Of a stretch of DNA of 64,000 nt, positions 1 to 9,245 are shown one piece after another. The position numbers and the translations under genes were made by a program. Every line of letters starts with the position of its first letter. The first letter of the stretch is position 1. This DNA comes from Candidatus Microgenomatus sp. (lineage in GTDB: Bacteria > Patescibacteriota > Minisyncoccia > UBA6257 > GWB1-50-10): NCBI GenBank assembly GCA_020724805.1, contig DYGI01000001.1, forward strand, positions 111,157 through 175,156, in the 5' to 3' direction. The notes beneath the pieces were generated by a model. It was given only the letters and a program-made list of their open reading frames with translations. It made no database searches and was not told the DNA's origin.

Positions 1-19
1 GGTTTACTTTTATAGCGTT

Positions 20-355
20 ATGAAACAAGAGGAAAGAAAGGAGCTCGAAGCGAAGCTTAAAGAAAAAGAGGAGAAACTGGAAGTGCAGCTCGAGGACTTC
101 AAGAAGAGTCTCGATTTCGGCGACGAAACCGACCACTTCGAGGAGGAGGCGGACGAGGCCGAAGAATTCGGCACTTGGATGGGACTGAAGCGCATTGTGA
201 ACCGCCAACTTATACGCGTGCGCCTTGCGCTCTCGAAGATGAAGATAGGAACCTACGGTATTTGCGAATCGTGCGGAAATGAAATTGAACGCGATCTTCT
301 TCTGGCGGATCCGGAATCTCCCCACTGCAAGAACTGCAAACTGAAGCGAACGTGA
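20..355 (+). CDS. DksA/TraR-family C4 zinc-finger protein
   Basis: 111 aa with an N-terminal charged coiled-coil and a C-terminal CESCG...CKNC four-cysteine motif typical of DksA/TraR/YteA proteins. Confidence 0.6.
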   Translation: MKQEERKELEAKLKEKEEKLEVQLEDFKKSLDFGDETDHFEEEADEAEEFGTWMGLKRIVNRQLIRVRLALSKMKIGTYGICESCGNEIERDLLLADPESPHCKNCKLKRT

Positions 356-1890
356 CCACGGTTCCTAAACTTTTTACCGCGGAGTTGGACGGAATTGAGG
401 CGAGCGAAATCGAAGTGGAGGCCGACCTGAATGTCGGCCTCCATGCGTTCACCATCGTCGGGCTTGCGGACAAGGCCGTGGCGGAATCCAAGGAGCGCGT
501 GAACTCAGCGCTTAAGCACCTCGGAGTACGGCAACCCACACGCGAGAATCGCCGCATCACGGTAAACCTTGCTCCCGCTGACATAAAAAAAGCGGGCTCT
601 CACTACGACCTCGCGATTGCGCTCGCATATCTCCTCGCCAGCGAACAAATAAAACCATTCGACCCTGCGCGAAAACTTTTTGTTGGAGAGCTTTCCCTCG
701 ACGGAACGCTCCGCTCCGTCGCGGGCATTTTAAACATCGCGCTTTTTGCGCGGGAGCGCGGATTCACTGAAATTTTTGTTCCGAGCGAAAATGCGTCCGA
801 GGCGGCGGTCGTTCCGGAAATCTCCGCATTCCCCGTTTCTACGCTCCGTGATCTCGTAATGCATCTCGATGGCACTCGCACGCTCACTCCTCAACCACGC
901 GCGACTCTTGCTCCGCAGTTTCGCGCGGGCTCGGTTGCATTCGTCGATATCCGCGGCCATGACGCCGCGAAACGCGCGCTCCTCGTCGCTGCCGCGGGAG
1001 GTCATAACGTACTTCTTTCCGGACCGCCCGGCACCGGCAAAACCATGCTTGCGGAAGCATTCGCGGGGATTCTTCCTCCGCCGCAAGAAGAGGAAATACT
1101 TCATGTGACACGGATCTGGAGTGCGGCCGGTCTCACCATGAAAGAGCCGCTCGTCAATGCGCGTCCGTTCCGGGCTCCTCACCACAGCGCATCCGCGGTC
1201 GCTATCCTCGGCGGCGGCGCCAATCCAAAACCCGGAGAAGTTTCCCTTGCTCATCGCGGTGTCCTTTTCCTTGATGAGTTTCCGGAATTCCACCGGGACG
1301 TCCTCGAAGGCCTCCGCCAGCCACTTGAAAGCGGAGAAATACTTGTCGCGAGAGCCAAAAAAACCCTCGTTTTTCCTGCTCGTTTCACGCTTATCGCCGC
1401 GATGAATCCGTGTCCTTGCGGCTATTTCGAGGACCCAGCACATGAGTGCCGATGCAGCGCCGCGGAAGTATTCCGTTATCAAAGAAAAATATCAGGTCCT
1501 CTTCTCGATCGTATCGATATACAACTCGAAATACCGCGCATTCCCACCGAAGAGCTTCACGCCACGCGGGACCACACACGGGGAAATGATGAAAAAATCC
1601 GAGCGCGTGTTCTTTATGCGCGCGAATTCCAAAAAGAGCGCTTCAAAAAACATGAGCGCGTCCTTTTTTCGAACAGCGAAATGAGCTCGCGGGAGGCGGA
1701 ACAATTCATAACGCTTGATACTGAGGCCGACGCACTTTTAAAGCGCGCGCTCGATCGCTCTCTTCTTTCACCGCGCGGTTATTACCGCACCCTGAAAGTT
1801 GCGCGAACCATCGCGGATCTCGACAGGTCACCACAGGTACGTGCGCCCCATATCGCGGAAGCGCTTCAATATCGGGTAAAACAAGAATAG
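352..1890 (+). CDS. comM: YifB/ComM family Mg-chelatase-like AAA+ ATPase
   Basis: 512 aa; N-terminal Lon-like domain, Walker A LSGPPGTGKT, Walker B VLFLDEF, CxC..C motif, C-terminal MgChl domain. Confidence 0.85.
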   Translation: MTTVPKLFTAELDGIEASEIEVEADLNVGLHAFTIVGLADKAVAESKERVNSALKHLGVRQPTRENRRITVNLAPADIKKAGSHYDLAIALAYLLASEQIKPFDPARKLFVGELSLDGTLRSVAGILNIALFARERGFTEIFVPSENASEAAVVPEISAFPVSTLRDLVMHLDGTRTLTPQPRATLAPQFRAGSVAFVDIRGHDAAKRALLVAAAGGHNVLLSGPPGTGKTMLAEAFAGILPPPQEEEILHVTRIWSAAGLTMKEPLVNARPFRAPHHSASAVAILGGGANPKPGEVSLAHRGVLFLDEFPEFHRDVLEGLRQPLESGEILVARAKKTLVFPARFTLIAAMNPCPCGYFEDPAHECRCSAAEVFRYQRKISGPLLDRIDIQLEIPRIPTEELHATRDHTRGNDEKIRARVLYAREFQKERFKKHERVLFSNSEMSSREAEQFITLDTEADALLKRALDRSLLSPRGYYRTLKVARTIADLDRSPQVRAPHIAEALQYRVKQE

Positions 1891-1895
1891 GGAAT

Positions 1896-2684
1896 ATGGG
1901 AAAAAGATTGGGTCAACATTTCTTGAAGGACAAGAAAATTCTCTCTGCAATTGCGCATGAGGCTTTTTCCTTGTCCGCTCATCCTTATATTGTGGAGGTC
2001 GGTCCTGGGCACGGGGAGCTCACCAATGAGCTTCTCGCGCAAGGCGCATCGCATATTGTCGCCGTAGAACGGGATGTGAGCTTAGCCGAGCGTCTCGCTC
2101 GTTCACTGGCTCCACAATCAAGCGCGAGGTTGGAGATTATCAAAGGCGACGTGAGAGAGGTTCTTCCGAAGCTCCCCGCTATCCCCTGCGTTATCGTAGG
2201 CAATATTCCCTATTACCTTACCGGATTCTTGTTTCGACTCCTCGGCGACCTTGTGGCGCGCAGAGCTTTTCCTATCCAACGCGCCGTGTTTCTTGTTCAA
2301 AAAGAAGTTGCGGAACGTGCGATTGCCGATGCTCCGCACATGAATCTCCTTGCCGCAACTCTTCGGGGGTGGACTCGTCCCCACATTGTGTTCGCGGTTG
2401 CGCGCCATAAATTTTTTCCTCCCCCAAAGGTGGATTCTGCGCTCCTTGTGCTTGAAATCGAGCATGAAGCCACAGGGGAAGCTCTTTCCCATTACTTTGA
2501 AACCGCAAAAAAGTTGTTTCGCCAGCCGCGAAAAACGCTCGTGAACAACTTGCGAGAGTCGCTTTCGATTCCACGTGACGAGGCGGAACAAATAGTGTCG
2601 CTCCTTGGCCTCGCGGAGAGCGCACGAAGCGCGCTTCTTACGCAGGGACACATCAAAACCATTTCAAAAATGATGTATAATTGA
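1896..2684 (+). CDS. rsmA: 16S rRNA (adenine1518/1519-N6)-dimethyltransferase RsmA/KsgA
   Basis: MGKRLGQHFL start, VEVGPGHGELT SAM motif, NIPY motif; 262 aa. Confidence 0.85.
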   Translation: MGKRLGQHFLKDKKILSAIAHEAFSLSAHPYIVEVGPGHGELTNELLAQGASHIVAVERDVSLAERLARSLAPQSSARLEIIKGDVREVLPKLPAIPCVIVGNIPYYLTGFLFRLLGDLVARRAFPIQRAVFLVQKEVAERAIADAPHMNLLAATLRGWTRPHIVFAVARHKFFPPPKVDSALLVLEIEHEATGEALSHYFETAKKLFRQPRKTLVNNLRESLSIPRDEAEQIVSLLGLAESARSALLTQGHIKTISKMMYN

Positions 2685-2691
2685 GAGGAAC

Positions 2692-3483
2692 TTGGCGTCG
2701 CCAAGGCCTTTCATGACCCGGAAAACTATAGCCATAGCGATACTTATGGGAGGAGCGCTTGGCGCATTCCTCATTACGCGCCTCGCAACCCCTTCCGAAC
2801 GTGACTTGAAAACGCTTTCCATCACCCAAGGGCAAGGAGGAGAGCTTGCGTTCGCGTTCGGAAATGCGGAATTGTCAGGAAGTTTACTGGATACAATATC
2901 AGGTGATTCAAATTTCACCGAAAGCGTGGTTCAAAAATATGGGGAAGAAATTCTTCGGATAAATCCGAGAGGATCCTCCGCAAGTGCGGTCGCGCTTCCT
3001 CCGGAGGGGACACTCGAGAGCCTTATTGTGGAGGCGGTGGAGCGACCGTTTGTGTTTTCTTCGTTCACTGAACGCGATATCAGAACCTCCTCCGGAAAAA
3101 CTAGGGAAGCGCTCGTTTTCTATTTGAATACAATCGTCGCAATACAGGAGGAACGGCTCAGCGAACACGCGAGTTCACTGCTTGGCGCAGTTGCACGCTT
3201 CGTGAGTGAGAACAATGGGCGCGAATTGGAACTCGCACAAAACGCTATGCGACTTTATATCGGAGACCTCCTTAAAATTTCCGCACCCGCCCCTCTCGCG
3301 TCGTTTCATTTGGGATTGCTGAACCTCTGGCAAAAGCGAGTCGCACTTACGAATACCATCCTTGAAAGCGCGGATGATCCGTTGAAGATTGTGGCGGCGG
3401 TGGAACATCTCTCACAAACCGCGGAGGAAGAAACGAGATTGACCGAACTTCTTGTGTTGAATATTTCGAAACTTCATTTTTAG
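2692..3483 (+). CDS. hypothetical N-terminally membrane-anchored protein, first gene of the T4SS-like operon
   Basis: 263 aa ORF; TM helix after the MTRKTIAIAILMGG internal start; no recognisable domain; co-directional and abutting the next gene. Confidence 0.4.
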   Translation: MASPRPFMTRKTIAIAILMGGALGAFLITRLATPSERDLKTLSITQGQGGELAFAFGNAELSGSLLDTISGDSNFTESVVQKYGEEILRINPRGSSASAVALPPEGTLESLIVEAVERPFVFSSFTERDIRTSSGKTREALVFYLNTIVAIQEERLSEHASSLLGAVARFVSENNGRELELAQNAMRLYIGDLLKISAPAPLASFHLGLLNLWQKRVALTNTILESADDPLKIVAAVEHLSQTAEEETRLTELLVLNISKLHF

Positions 3484-3486
3484 CCC

Positions 3487-5274
3487 ATGGAATTCTCTCG
3501 CCGCTTCCTCGCGCTTCTCCTCATCGCCTCTTTTGCCGCGGGCGCATTTGCGCCCGCGTTCGCGTTTGCACAGGCGAACAACGCGGTCGCTGAATGCACC
3601 GTCGACATGGCCATAAATTCTTTGGGTGGAAAGATCCTTGGGGTAGCGAAGGACGTGGGAAATGCACTTATAGATGCGGTGGAGGACGTTCCTGTTGTAG
3701 GAGGCATCATCGAGGGAATAGGGGGTATTTTCGGCCTTGGGGAAGATGAGAGCAAAGGCTCAAGCGCCGATGACCCCATGTATGTGAAAGAATCGGGTGA
3801 ACAAAAGGATGAGGTCAAAAAACTTCAATTCGATAGCTGTATAAACGCTATCAAAGATACGGCGTTCAAGGTAGCACTCGCAAAGCTCAAAAAGCGTCTT
3901 TTGGACCGCATGACCGACGACATCATTGGATGGATCAATGGGAACGGGGACCCGAAATTCATTACTAACTTCGGCGATTTCTTGGAAGATGCCGCACAAG
4001 CTGCGGTAGGCGACACCGCGCGCGCGCTCGGACTTGCGGAACTTTGCACTCCTTTTAAATATCGCGTGCCACAATTACTCACCAAAGTACCCGAGTTCTC
4101 GGAAAGCGTGCGGTGCACTCTCGATGATATTGTGGAAAACGTCGAGGGATTTTATAACGACTTTGAACAGGGTGGGTGGCTCGCGTATACGGAACTCTGG
4201 AAACCGAACAACAACCCATTTGGAATATTTCTCAAAACGCATGACCAAATTCTTAAAGAAACCGCGAAGAAGGAGGATGAGGCGCGCGCGGCAGCGACTA
4301 TAGGAGGGGGATATACTCCGGTGTATCAGTGTGTTGAGTGGACGCTTTCCGGAGTTCGGAAAAGCGACAAAAAATTTGTTTCTTTCAAAATTCCCGCGGA
4401 CGAAAGTTTTCCGTATTTTCACCCGACGCTTCCCCCCGCAGAAAATTCTCCCGCCTACCAAAACGCTTTGAACACGCTCATAAAACCTAACTATGAGTGC
4501 ACGAGGCCGGAGTGGTCGCTCCCTCCCTCAGCGACCCAACAGATCGCTGCAATTCCTTACGTTGCCGACACGCAAGTGGTGGCAAACTCCGACGACCTTT
4601 CACCTTACGTGAATGCCATCTTCGATGCCGCAGTGAATCGCGTTATTAAAGAGGGGGTAAAAGGACTCCGCGGCAACCTTTCAAAGCTTAGAAGTGAAAG
4701 CACCACAGGTCGATCGCCCGAACAATACCCCGAGGGCGATCCGTACCGCGGCTACGGAGAGGAGTATGAGAACGCCACAAATTTCACACGGCAACTTCGC
4801 ACCGAGATAGGGGCAAAAATAGAATCGGCACGTGACAATGTGGGGATCGCGAGCACCACACTTACACGACTTGTGGCGCTTAATAATGAATTGATCGCCA
4901 CCACTACGCTTCTCGCCGATTGCGAGCAGGGAAGGACGGAAACAAGCTATCAGACGTGTGCGAACACATCATCAACGTTGGTTGCGGCAAATTCCGCGAA
5001 ATCGAGGTTTGTCGCCGACCGCGAATCGCTCACCGAAGCGCTTACCAAAATCCAGGAACTTGAGGATGCATTCGAAGAAAATACCGACCTCAGCGAGGCG
5101 GCGTTACGCGTGCTTCTTTCCAATCTCGGTTCGATACACCTTACGCTTAAAGACATGATTTCAAAGCAACAAGCCTTTGAAATGGGATTGCGAAATGGAC
5201 TTGTCATACAAAGGCAGGCGCTTCAGGCATGTCAAACAGGCATCTATTCGTGCACCTGGACTCCCGCTCCATAA
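3487..5274 (+). CDS. large secreted protein of the T4SS-like locus
   Basis: 595 aa with a cleavable signal peptide (LLLIASFAAGAFAPAFAFA-QA); no recognisable catalytic motif; starts 4 nt after the previous gene. Confidence 0.5.
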   Translation: MEFSRRFLALLLIASFAAGAFAPAFAFAQANNAVAECTVDMAINSLGGKILGVAKDVGNALIDAVEDVPVVGGIIEGIGGIFGLGEDESKGSSADDPMYVKESGEQKDEVKKLQFDSCINAIKDTAFKVALAKLKKRLLDRMTDDIIGWINGNGDPKFITNFGDFLEDAAQAAVGDTARALGLAELCTPFKYRVPQLLTKVPEFSESVRCTLDDIVENVEGFYNDFEQGGWLAYTELWKPNNNPFGIFLKTHDQILKETAKKEDEARAAATIGGGYTPVYQCVEWTLSGVRKSDKKFVSFKIPADESFPYFHPTLPPAENSPAYQNALNTLIKPNYECTRPEWSLPPSATQQIAAIPYVADTQVVANSDDLSPYVNAIFDAAVNRVIKEGVKGLRGNLSKLRSESTTGRSPEQYPEGDPYRGYGEEYENATNFTRQLRTEIGAKIESARDNVGIASTTLTRLVALNNELIATTTLLADCEQGRTETSYQTCANTSSTLVAANSAKSRFVADRESLTEALTKIQELEDAFEENTDLSEAALRVLLSNLGSIHLTLKDMISKQQAFEMGLRNGLVIQRQALQACQTGIYSCTWTPAP

Positions 5275-5280
5275 CCATCC

Positions 5281-7158
5281 ATGACTCGATTCTTCCGTTC
5301 ACTTAAATCATCGCGCTTCGGGACTTTGCTCGTCCTTGGAGGTTTTCTTTTGGGGTTCCCGTTTCCCGCGCGCGCGGGTCTTTTTAGCATCGAGGGGATC
5401 GCGGTAGGAGCCATTGGCGTCGTCGCTTACGTAGTGAATTACATCGCGGGCTACCTCGGAGGCATAGCGCTCGCCATCGTATCGTGGTTCACCAATGTCG
5501 CGATGGAGCTTAATCGCCGCGTACTCGACACGGATTCCATAGTCCACGTGGGGTGGAATATCACCCGCGATATCGCAAACCTTGGTTTTGTGCTCGTCAT
5601 TATAGTCATTGCGGTATCGGTCATGTTGCGTTTTGAAACCTATGGAAGCCGCAAAGTGCTTACCCGGCTCATCGCAGCCGCTATTGTGGTGAATTTTTCG
5701 CTCGCCATCATGGGGGTATTTCTTCAATTTGCCGACACTTTCACTAATTTCTTTCTCTCGCGCATTCCGAGTCCAAGCGATCTTGGAACCGCGCTCGCTT
5801 CATCGTTTGAGGCACAAAAATTCTTTTTGAACGCCCAAAATTTCAGTTCCGACGCCGTAAGCGGCGCTACTATCACCGCGTCCATGCTGTCAAACATCGC
5901 CTCGATGGTTTTTTCGACCGCGTTCGTCCTTATTGCAACCATCGTCATTGGCACCTTCGCCATCATGCTCCTTGTCCGTTACCTTCACCTTGTTATCCTC
6001 GGCATCCTCGCTCCTCTCGTGTGGCTTTTCTGGGTCATTCCCGACTTGGGGGGCCAATTTAAGACGTGGTGGAACGCGTTCATTAAGTGGACGTTCTTCG
6101 CCCCAGCCTCTTCGTTCTTCATCTACCTCTCACTTGTGGCGGTGGAACGCATGAAGGATATAAAACTCGAAGTGTTCACCGCAGGTTCCGGTTTCTTTGA
6201 GACGGTTTTTTTGAGCGTCGCAACGCAAGGCGCCCAAATGGTGGTTATCGCCGGTCTTATGCTCGGCGGGCTTATCGTTGCAAACAAAATGGGCATCGAG
6301 AGCGCGAATATCGGAATGAACCTCGCGAACAAGGCTAAGGCGGGCGCGATCGGATGGGCGGGCAAACAAGCTCAGCGTGGCGGACGAGCGCTCGGCGACA
6401 CTCTCCGTACTTCGGGAAGAAAATTCGATCCCACCACAAAACAGACCACCACCCGGCTTCAACGTTGGGGTTCAGCCCTCCAGGGGGTACCTGGACTTCA
6501 AGGTGTCGGAAGCTATCTTGCGAAACAGGGAACTGAGGTTCCCAAGAAACGTCCCGAAGATATAGAGAAGTACCGCAAGGATGAGCTTGAAGCGCTTACC
6601 AATGAGGGCATCGAGAAGCTTGCCACGCAGCGCTTAAGTCCGACGCTGGCTGACCCCACTCGGGTTGCCGCCTTAGCGCAAGAGCTGGCAAAGAGAAACT
6701 TGTTCGGAAATCTCGATCCCAAGCGTCAATCACAATTTATTGATGTGGCGGAACGCATGGGAACTGCCCAAGCTATCTACAACAATCGCCCCGATCTCGT
6801 TGAGCCTCGTCCAGGCGAGACAAAAGAAAAAGCGATTGAACGGGTTACCAAAAAAATCAAAACCGCTGACATTACCCAAATTTCTGACAGGGTATTGGGA
6901 GACTCCAGTAATGCGAGGCCTCCAGAGCGCAGCCAAATGACGGTAACGCTCAATCTCAGTAATCCACAACTTGGGAAACTCGGGACCGAAGGAAGCGCCG
7001 ACCAGATTGAGGCAATTCGTAACAGCTTGCAGTGGGCGCTTACCGCAACGCCTCAGCAATTACAGCAATTCCAACCACCCCTTACACAGGATGAATGGAG
7101 CAATCTCCAAAGAATGGTTGATTATATAAACGACAATCCTAACTGGCAAAACATTTAG
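5281..7158 (+). CDS. VirB6/TrbL-like polytopic membrane protein with hydrophilic C-terminal extension
   Basis: 625 aa; ~6-8 predicted TM helices in the first ~330 aa, then a soluble tail; this is the architecture of VirB6/TrbL-family channel components; it sits in an operon with VirB3- and VirB4-like genes. Confidence 0.5.
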   Translation: MTRFFRSLKSSRFGTLLVLGGFLLGFPFPARAGLFSIEGIAVGAIGVVAYVVNYIAGYLGGIALAIVSWFTNVAMELNRRVLDTDSIVHVGWNITRDIANLGFVLVIIVIAVSVMLRFETYGSRKVLTRLIAAAIVVNFSLAIMGVFLQFADTFTNFFLSRIPSPSDLGTALASSFEAQKFFLNAQNFSSDAVSGATITASMLSNIASMVFSTAFVLIATIVIGTFAIMLLVRYLHLVILGILAPLVWLFWVIPDLGGQFKTWWNAFIKWTFFAPASSFFIYLSLVAVERMKDIKLEVFTAGSGFFETVFLSVATQGAQMVVIAGLMLGGLIVANKMGIESANIGMNLANKAKAGAIGWAGKQAQRGGRALGDTLRTSGRKFDPTTKQTTTRLQRWGSALQGVPGLQGVGSYLAKQGTEVPKKRPEDIEKYRKDELEALTNEGIEKLATQRLSPTLADPTRVAALAQELAKRNLFGNLDPKRQSQFIDVAERMGTAQAIYNNRPDLVEPRPGETKEKAIERVTKKIKTADITQISDRVLGDSSNARPPERSQMTVTLNLSNPQLGKLGTEGSADQIEAIRNSLQWALTATPQQLQQFQPPLTQDEWSNLQRMVDYINDNPNWQNI

Positions 7159-7159
7159 T

Positions 7160-8044
7160 ATGACCTCGAAAGAACTGCGAGAAAAATTAGCAGAAGTTCC
7201 TCAAGTCATTCGCGAATGGTTCGGCTCCGAAGAGGTGGTGGCTCACATAAGAAGCTTGAGTAATGAGCTGGGGACTCCCCGAGAAAAGAGGGGCGCTATT
7301 CCCCGCCTTCTTCTTCGTCTTGAGGTGGGGGATTTGGAGCCTCAATTCTTTTCGGGCGAACTTGCCCAAGAGCTCGGCCTCACAAAGGAACGCGCGCTTG
7401 CCGTTGCTTCGGAAATAAGGAAAACAATACTCCATCCCAAAAAAGAGGCCCTGAGTGATTATGGTATCGACCAATTCCTTCTCGAAGAATTCAATCTCCC
7501 TATTCCGCGAATGCGTCGCGAAACCGTGACGCCTGTCGCGGCTCCTTCCTCAGCTCCGACGTTTGGGTCTTCGACCGCAATACTCCACCCGCCTTCTGTA
7601 CCGCAGGAACCTTCTCCACCTCCTTCTCCCACAACAACAAAATCCACAGTTACTCCTTTCGTGCTTCATGAGGAAAAGCCTCTTACTTCCGAGGCAAAGA
7701 AAGAACCCATGAAAGGATTTTCGCTCCCATTCGGGCTTTTTAAGCCTAAAGCTCCCGAATCGACTATTTCGAGAGCGAGCGTAGAAGCCCCCAAGCAGGT
7801 ACATTACAGCGAATACCGTTCCGGTGGCGCGCCTGGAGGCGGTGGAGAATTTATCAACTTAGAGACCTTCGGAAAAACGTCGGTTGCGCCAAAATCTGTT
7901 ACCCCGCCAACCCCTCCGCCTCCTTCATCATCGCCCGCCACTCCTCTTACAATCAAAAAACCCGACAGTGCGGGGCTCGCAAAAGCGCCAGAGAGCGGAA
8001 CTGGAACGCCAAAAATAGAAAAAAACACCGTGGATCTTCGCTAA
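7160..8044 (+). CDS. Pro/Ser/Thr-rich hypothetical protein
   Basis: 294 aa, low complexity with PPPS and TPPTPPPP tracts; start overlaps the previous stop. Confidence 0.4.
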   Translation: MTSKELREKLAEVPQVIREWFGSEEVVAHIRSLSNELGTPREKRGAIPRLLLRLEVGDLEPQFFSGELAQELGLTKERALAVASEIRKTILHPKKEALSDYGIDQFLLEEFNLPIPRMRRETVTPVAAPSSAPTFGSSTAILHPPSVPQEPSPPPSPTTTKSTVTPFVLHEEKPLTSEAKKEPMKGFSLPFGLFKPKAPESTISRASVEAPKQVHYSEYRSGGAPGGGGEFINLETFGKTSVAPKSVTPPTPPPPSSSPATPLTIKKPDSAGLAKAPESGTGTPKIEKNTVDLR

Positions 8045-8050
8045 CGTGTC

Positions 8051-8554
8051 ATGGCAACATTCCAAGTCCCACAGTTCATTGATGAACAACCGAAGGTAGT
8101 CGGGTTTCTCACGCTTCCGCAATTTCTCTATCTCGCCGCGGCGGCAGGAATAAGCTTCGCATCGTTTTACGTATTTACGTTCATTCTTTGGCTCTTTATC
8201 ACGCTTGTGGTCGCCACGGTGGCCATCGCGCTTGCATTCGTAAAGGTAAACGGGCAATCGTTCCCTGCGGTGCTCCGCTCCGCGCTCACATATTACTGGA
8301 AGCCGCGTATCTATACCTGGTCACGCACGCTTCCCGAATCAAAAATCCCCGGCGTTGCCGAACTCGAGAAAATCGAAGCCATCCGTCAACGTATGGGGAT
8401 CGAGGAAAAACTGAAATCGCTTGCGCTTCAGATTACTACCGGGAAAATTTTTTCTCGTCCCGCCGAAAAAGTCTCCAAGTCGCAGGAGTATCAGGTCGTT
8501 ACGTATCTCACCGGGGAGAAGAAAGTCGCAAAGCGGGTGGATTACAAGGAATAA
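8051..8554 (+). CDS. PrgI/VirB3-like small membrane protein
   Basis: 167 aa; N-terminal FIDEQPKVVGFLTLPQFLYL followed by two TM helices resembles PrgI/TcpE (VirB3 analogue) proteins; lies immediately upstream of VirB4, the canonical synteny. Confidence 0.45.
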   Translation: MATFQVPQFIDEQPKVVGFLTLPQFLYLAAAAGISFASFYVFTFILWLFITLVVATVAIALAFVKVNGQSFPAVLRSALTYYWKPRIYTWSRTLPESKIPGVAELEKIEAIRQRMGIEEKLKSLALQITTGKIFSRPAEKVSKSQEYQVVTYLTGEKKVAKRVDYKE

Positions 8555-8590
8555 TTGGTAACGCAGAAACAATAACGATACACTGAAGCT

Positions 8591-9238
8591 ATGCCGAAAG
8601 AACCCACTACGCCTACCCAAGAACTCGTCGACGTAAAGGAGATACGTGACGGCGTACTTTATTTGAAGAACGGCAGCGTTCGCAGAGTCCTTATCGTGTC
8701 CGGAGTGAATTTCGATCTTAAATCCGAAGCTGAACAAGGTCTTATTCTCGGAAGCTTTCAGAATTTCCTGAATACCCTCGATTTTTCGGTTCAATTCTTC
8801 ATACACTCGCGCAAAGTGAACGTCGACGCGTATCTCGCTTCCATGGGCACAAGGATGGAAGAGGAAACGAGCGAATTGCTGAAAATCCAGATCAGTGAGT
8901 ACATACAGTTCATCCGGACTTTCGTAGAAGAAAACGCCATCATTTCCAAAACTTTTTTTGTGGTAGTGCCGTATGAATCCTTGATACCGGAGGGTAAGGT
9001 AAGTGGCCTTGCGTCGCTTTTTAGAAAGACTCCGAAGACCGCAGGTTCGTCTCCACTGGGAAATAATCCGCAGGAGGTGCTTTCCCAGCTTGAGCGGCGC
9101 GTAAATCAGGTGGTGGATGGACTGGCTCAGATCGGTTTGCGGGCAGCGCCGCTTGAAAACGACGCGGTAGTGGAACTTTTTTACAACCTCTACAATCCGG
9201 AACTCGTGGAGGGGAAAAGGGCGGTGAGTAAAGAGTAG
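8591..9238 (+). CDS. VirB4/TrbE N-terminal domain protein (split VirB4, part 1)
   Basis: 215 aa; size and position match the N-terminal membrane-associated domain of VirB4; ends with TAG TAG 7 nt before the ATPase ORF, which is in a different frame. Confidence 0.5.
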   Translation: MPKEPTTPTQELVDVKEIRDGVLYLKNGSVRRVLIVSGVNFDLKSEAEQGLILGSFQNFLNTLDFSVQFFIHSRKVNVDAYLASMGTRMEEETSELLKIQISEYIQFIRTFVEENAIISKTFFVVVPYESLIPEGKVSGLASLFRKTPKTAGSSPLGNNPQEVLSQLERRVNQVVDGLAQIGLRAAPLENDAVVELFYNLYNPELVEGKRAVSKE

Positions 9239-9245
9239 TAGCGCT

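Noticed and set aside
730-1482. 250-aa minus-strand ORF inside comM
   Set aside because: Antisense artefact; comM carries the Walker motifs on the plus strand
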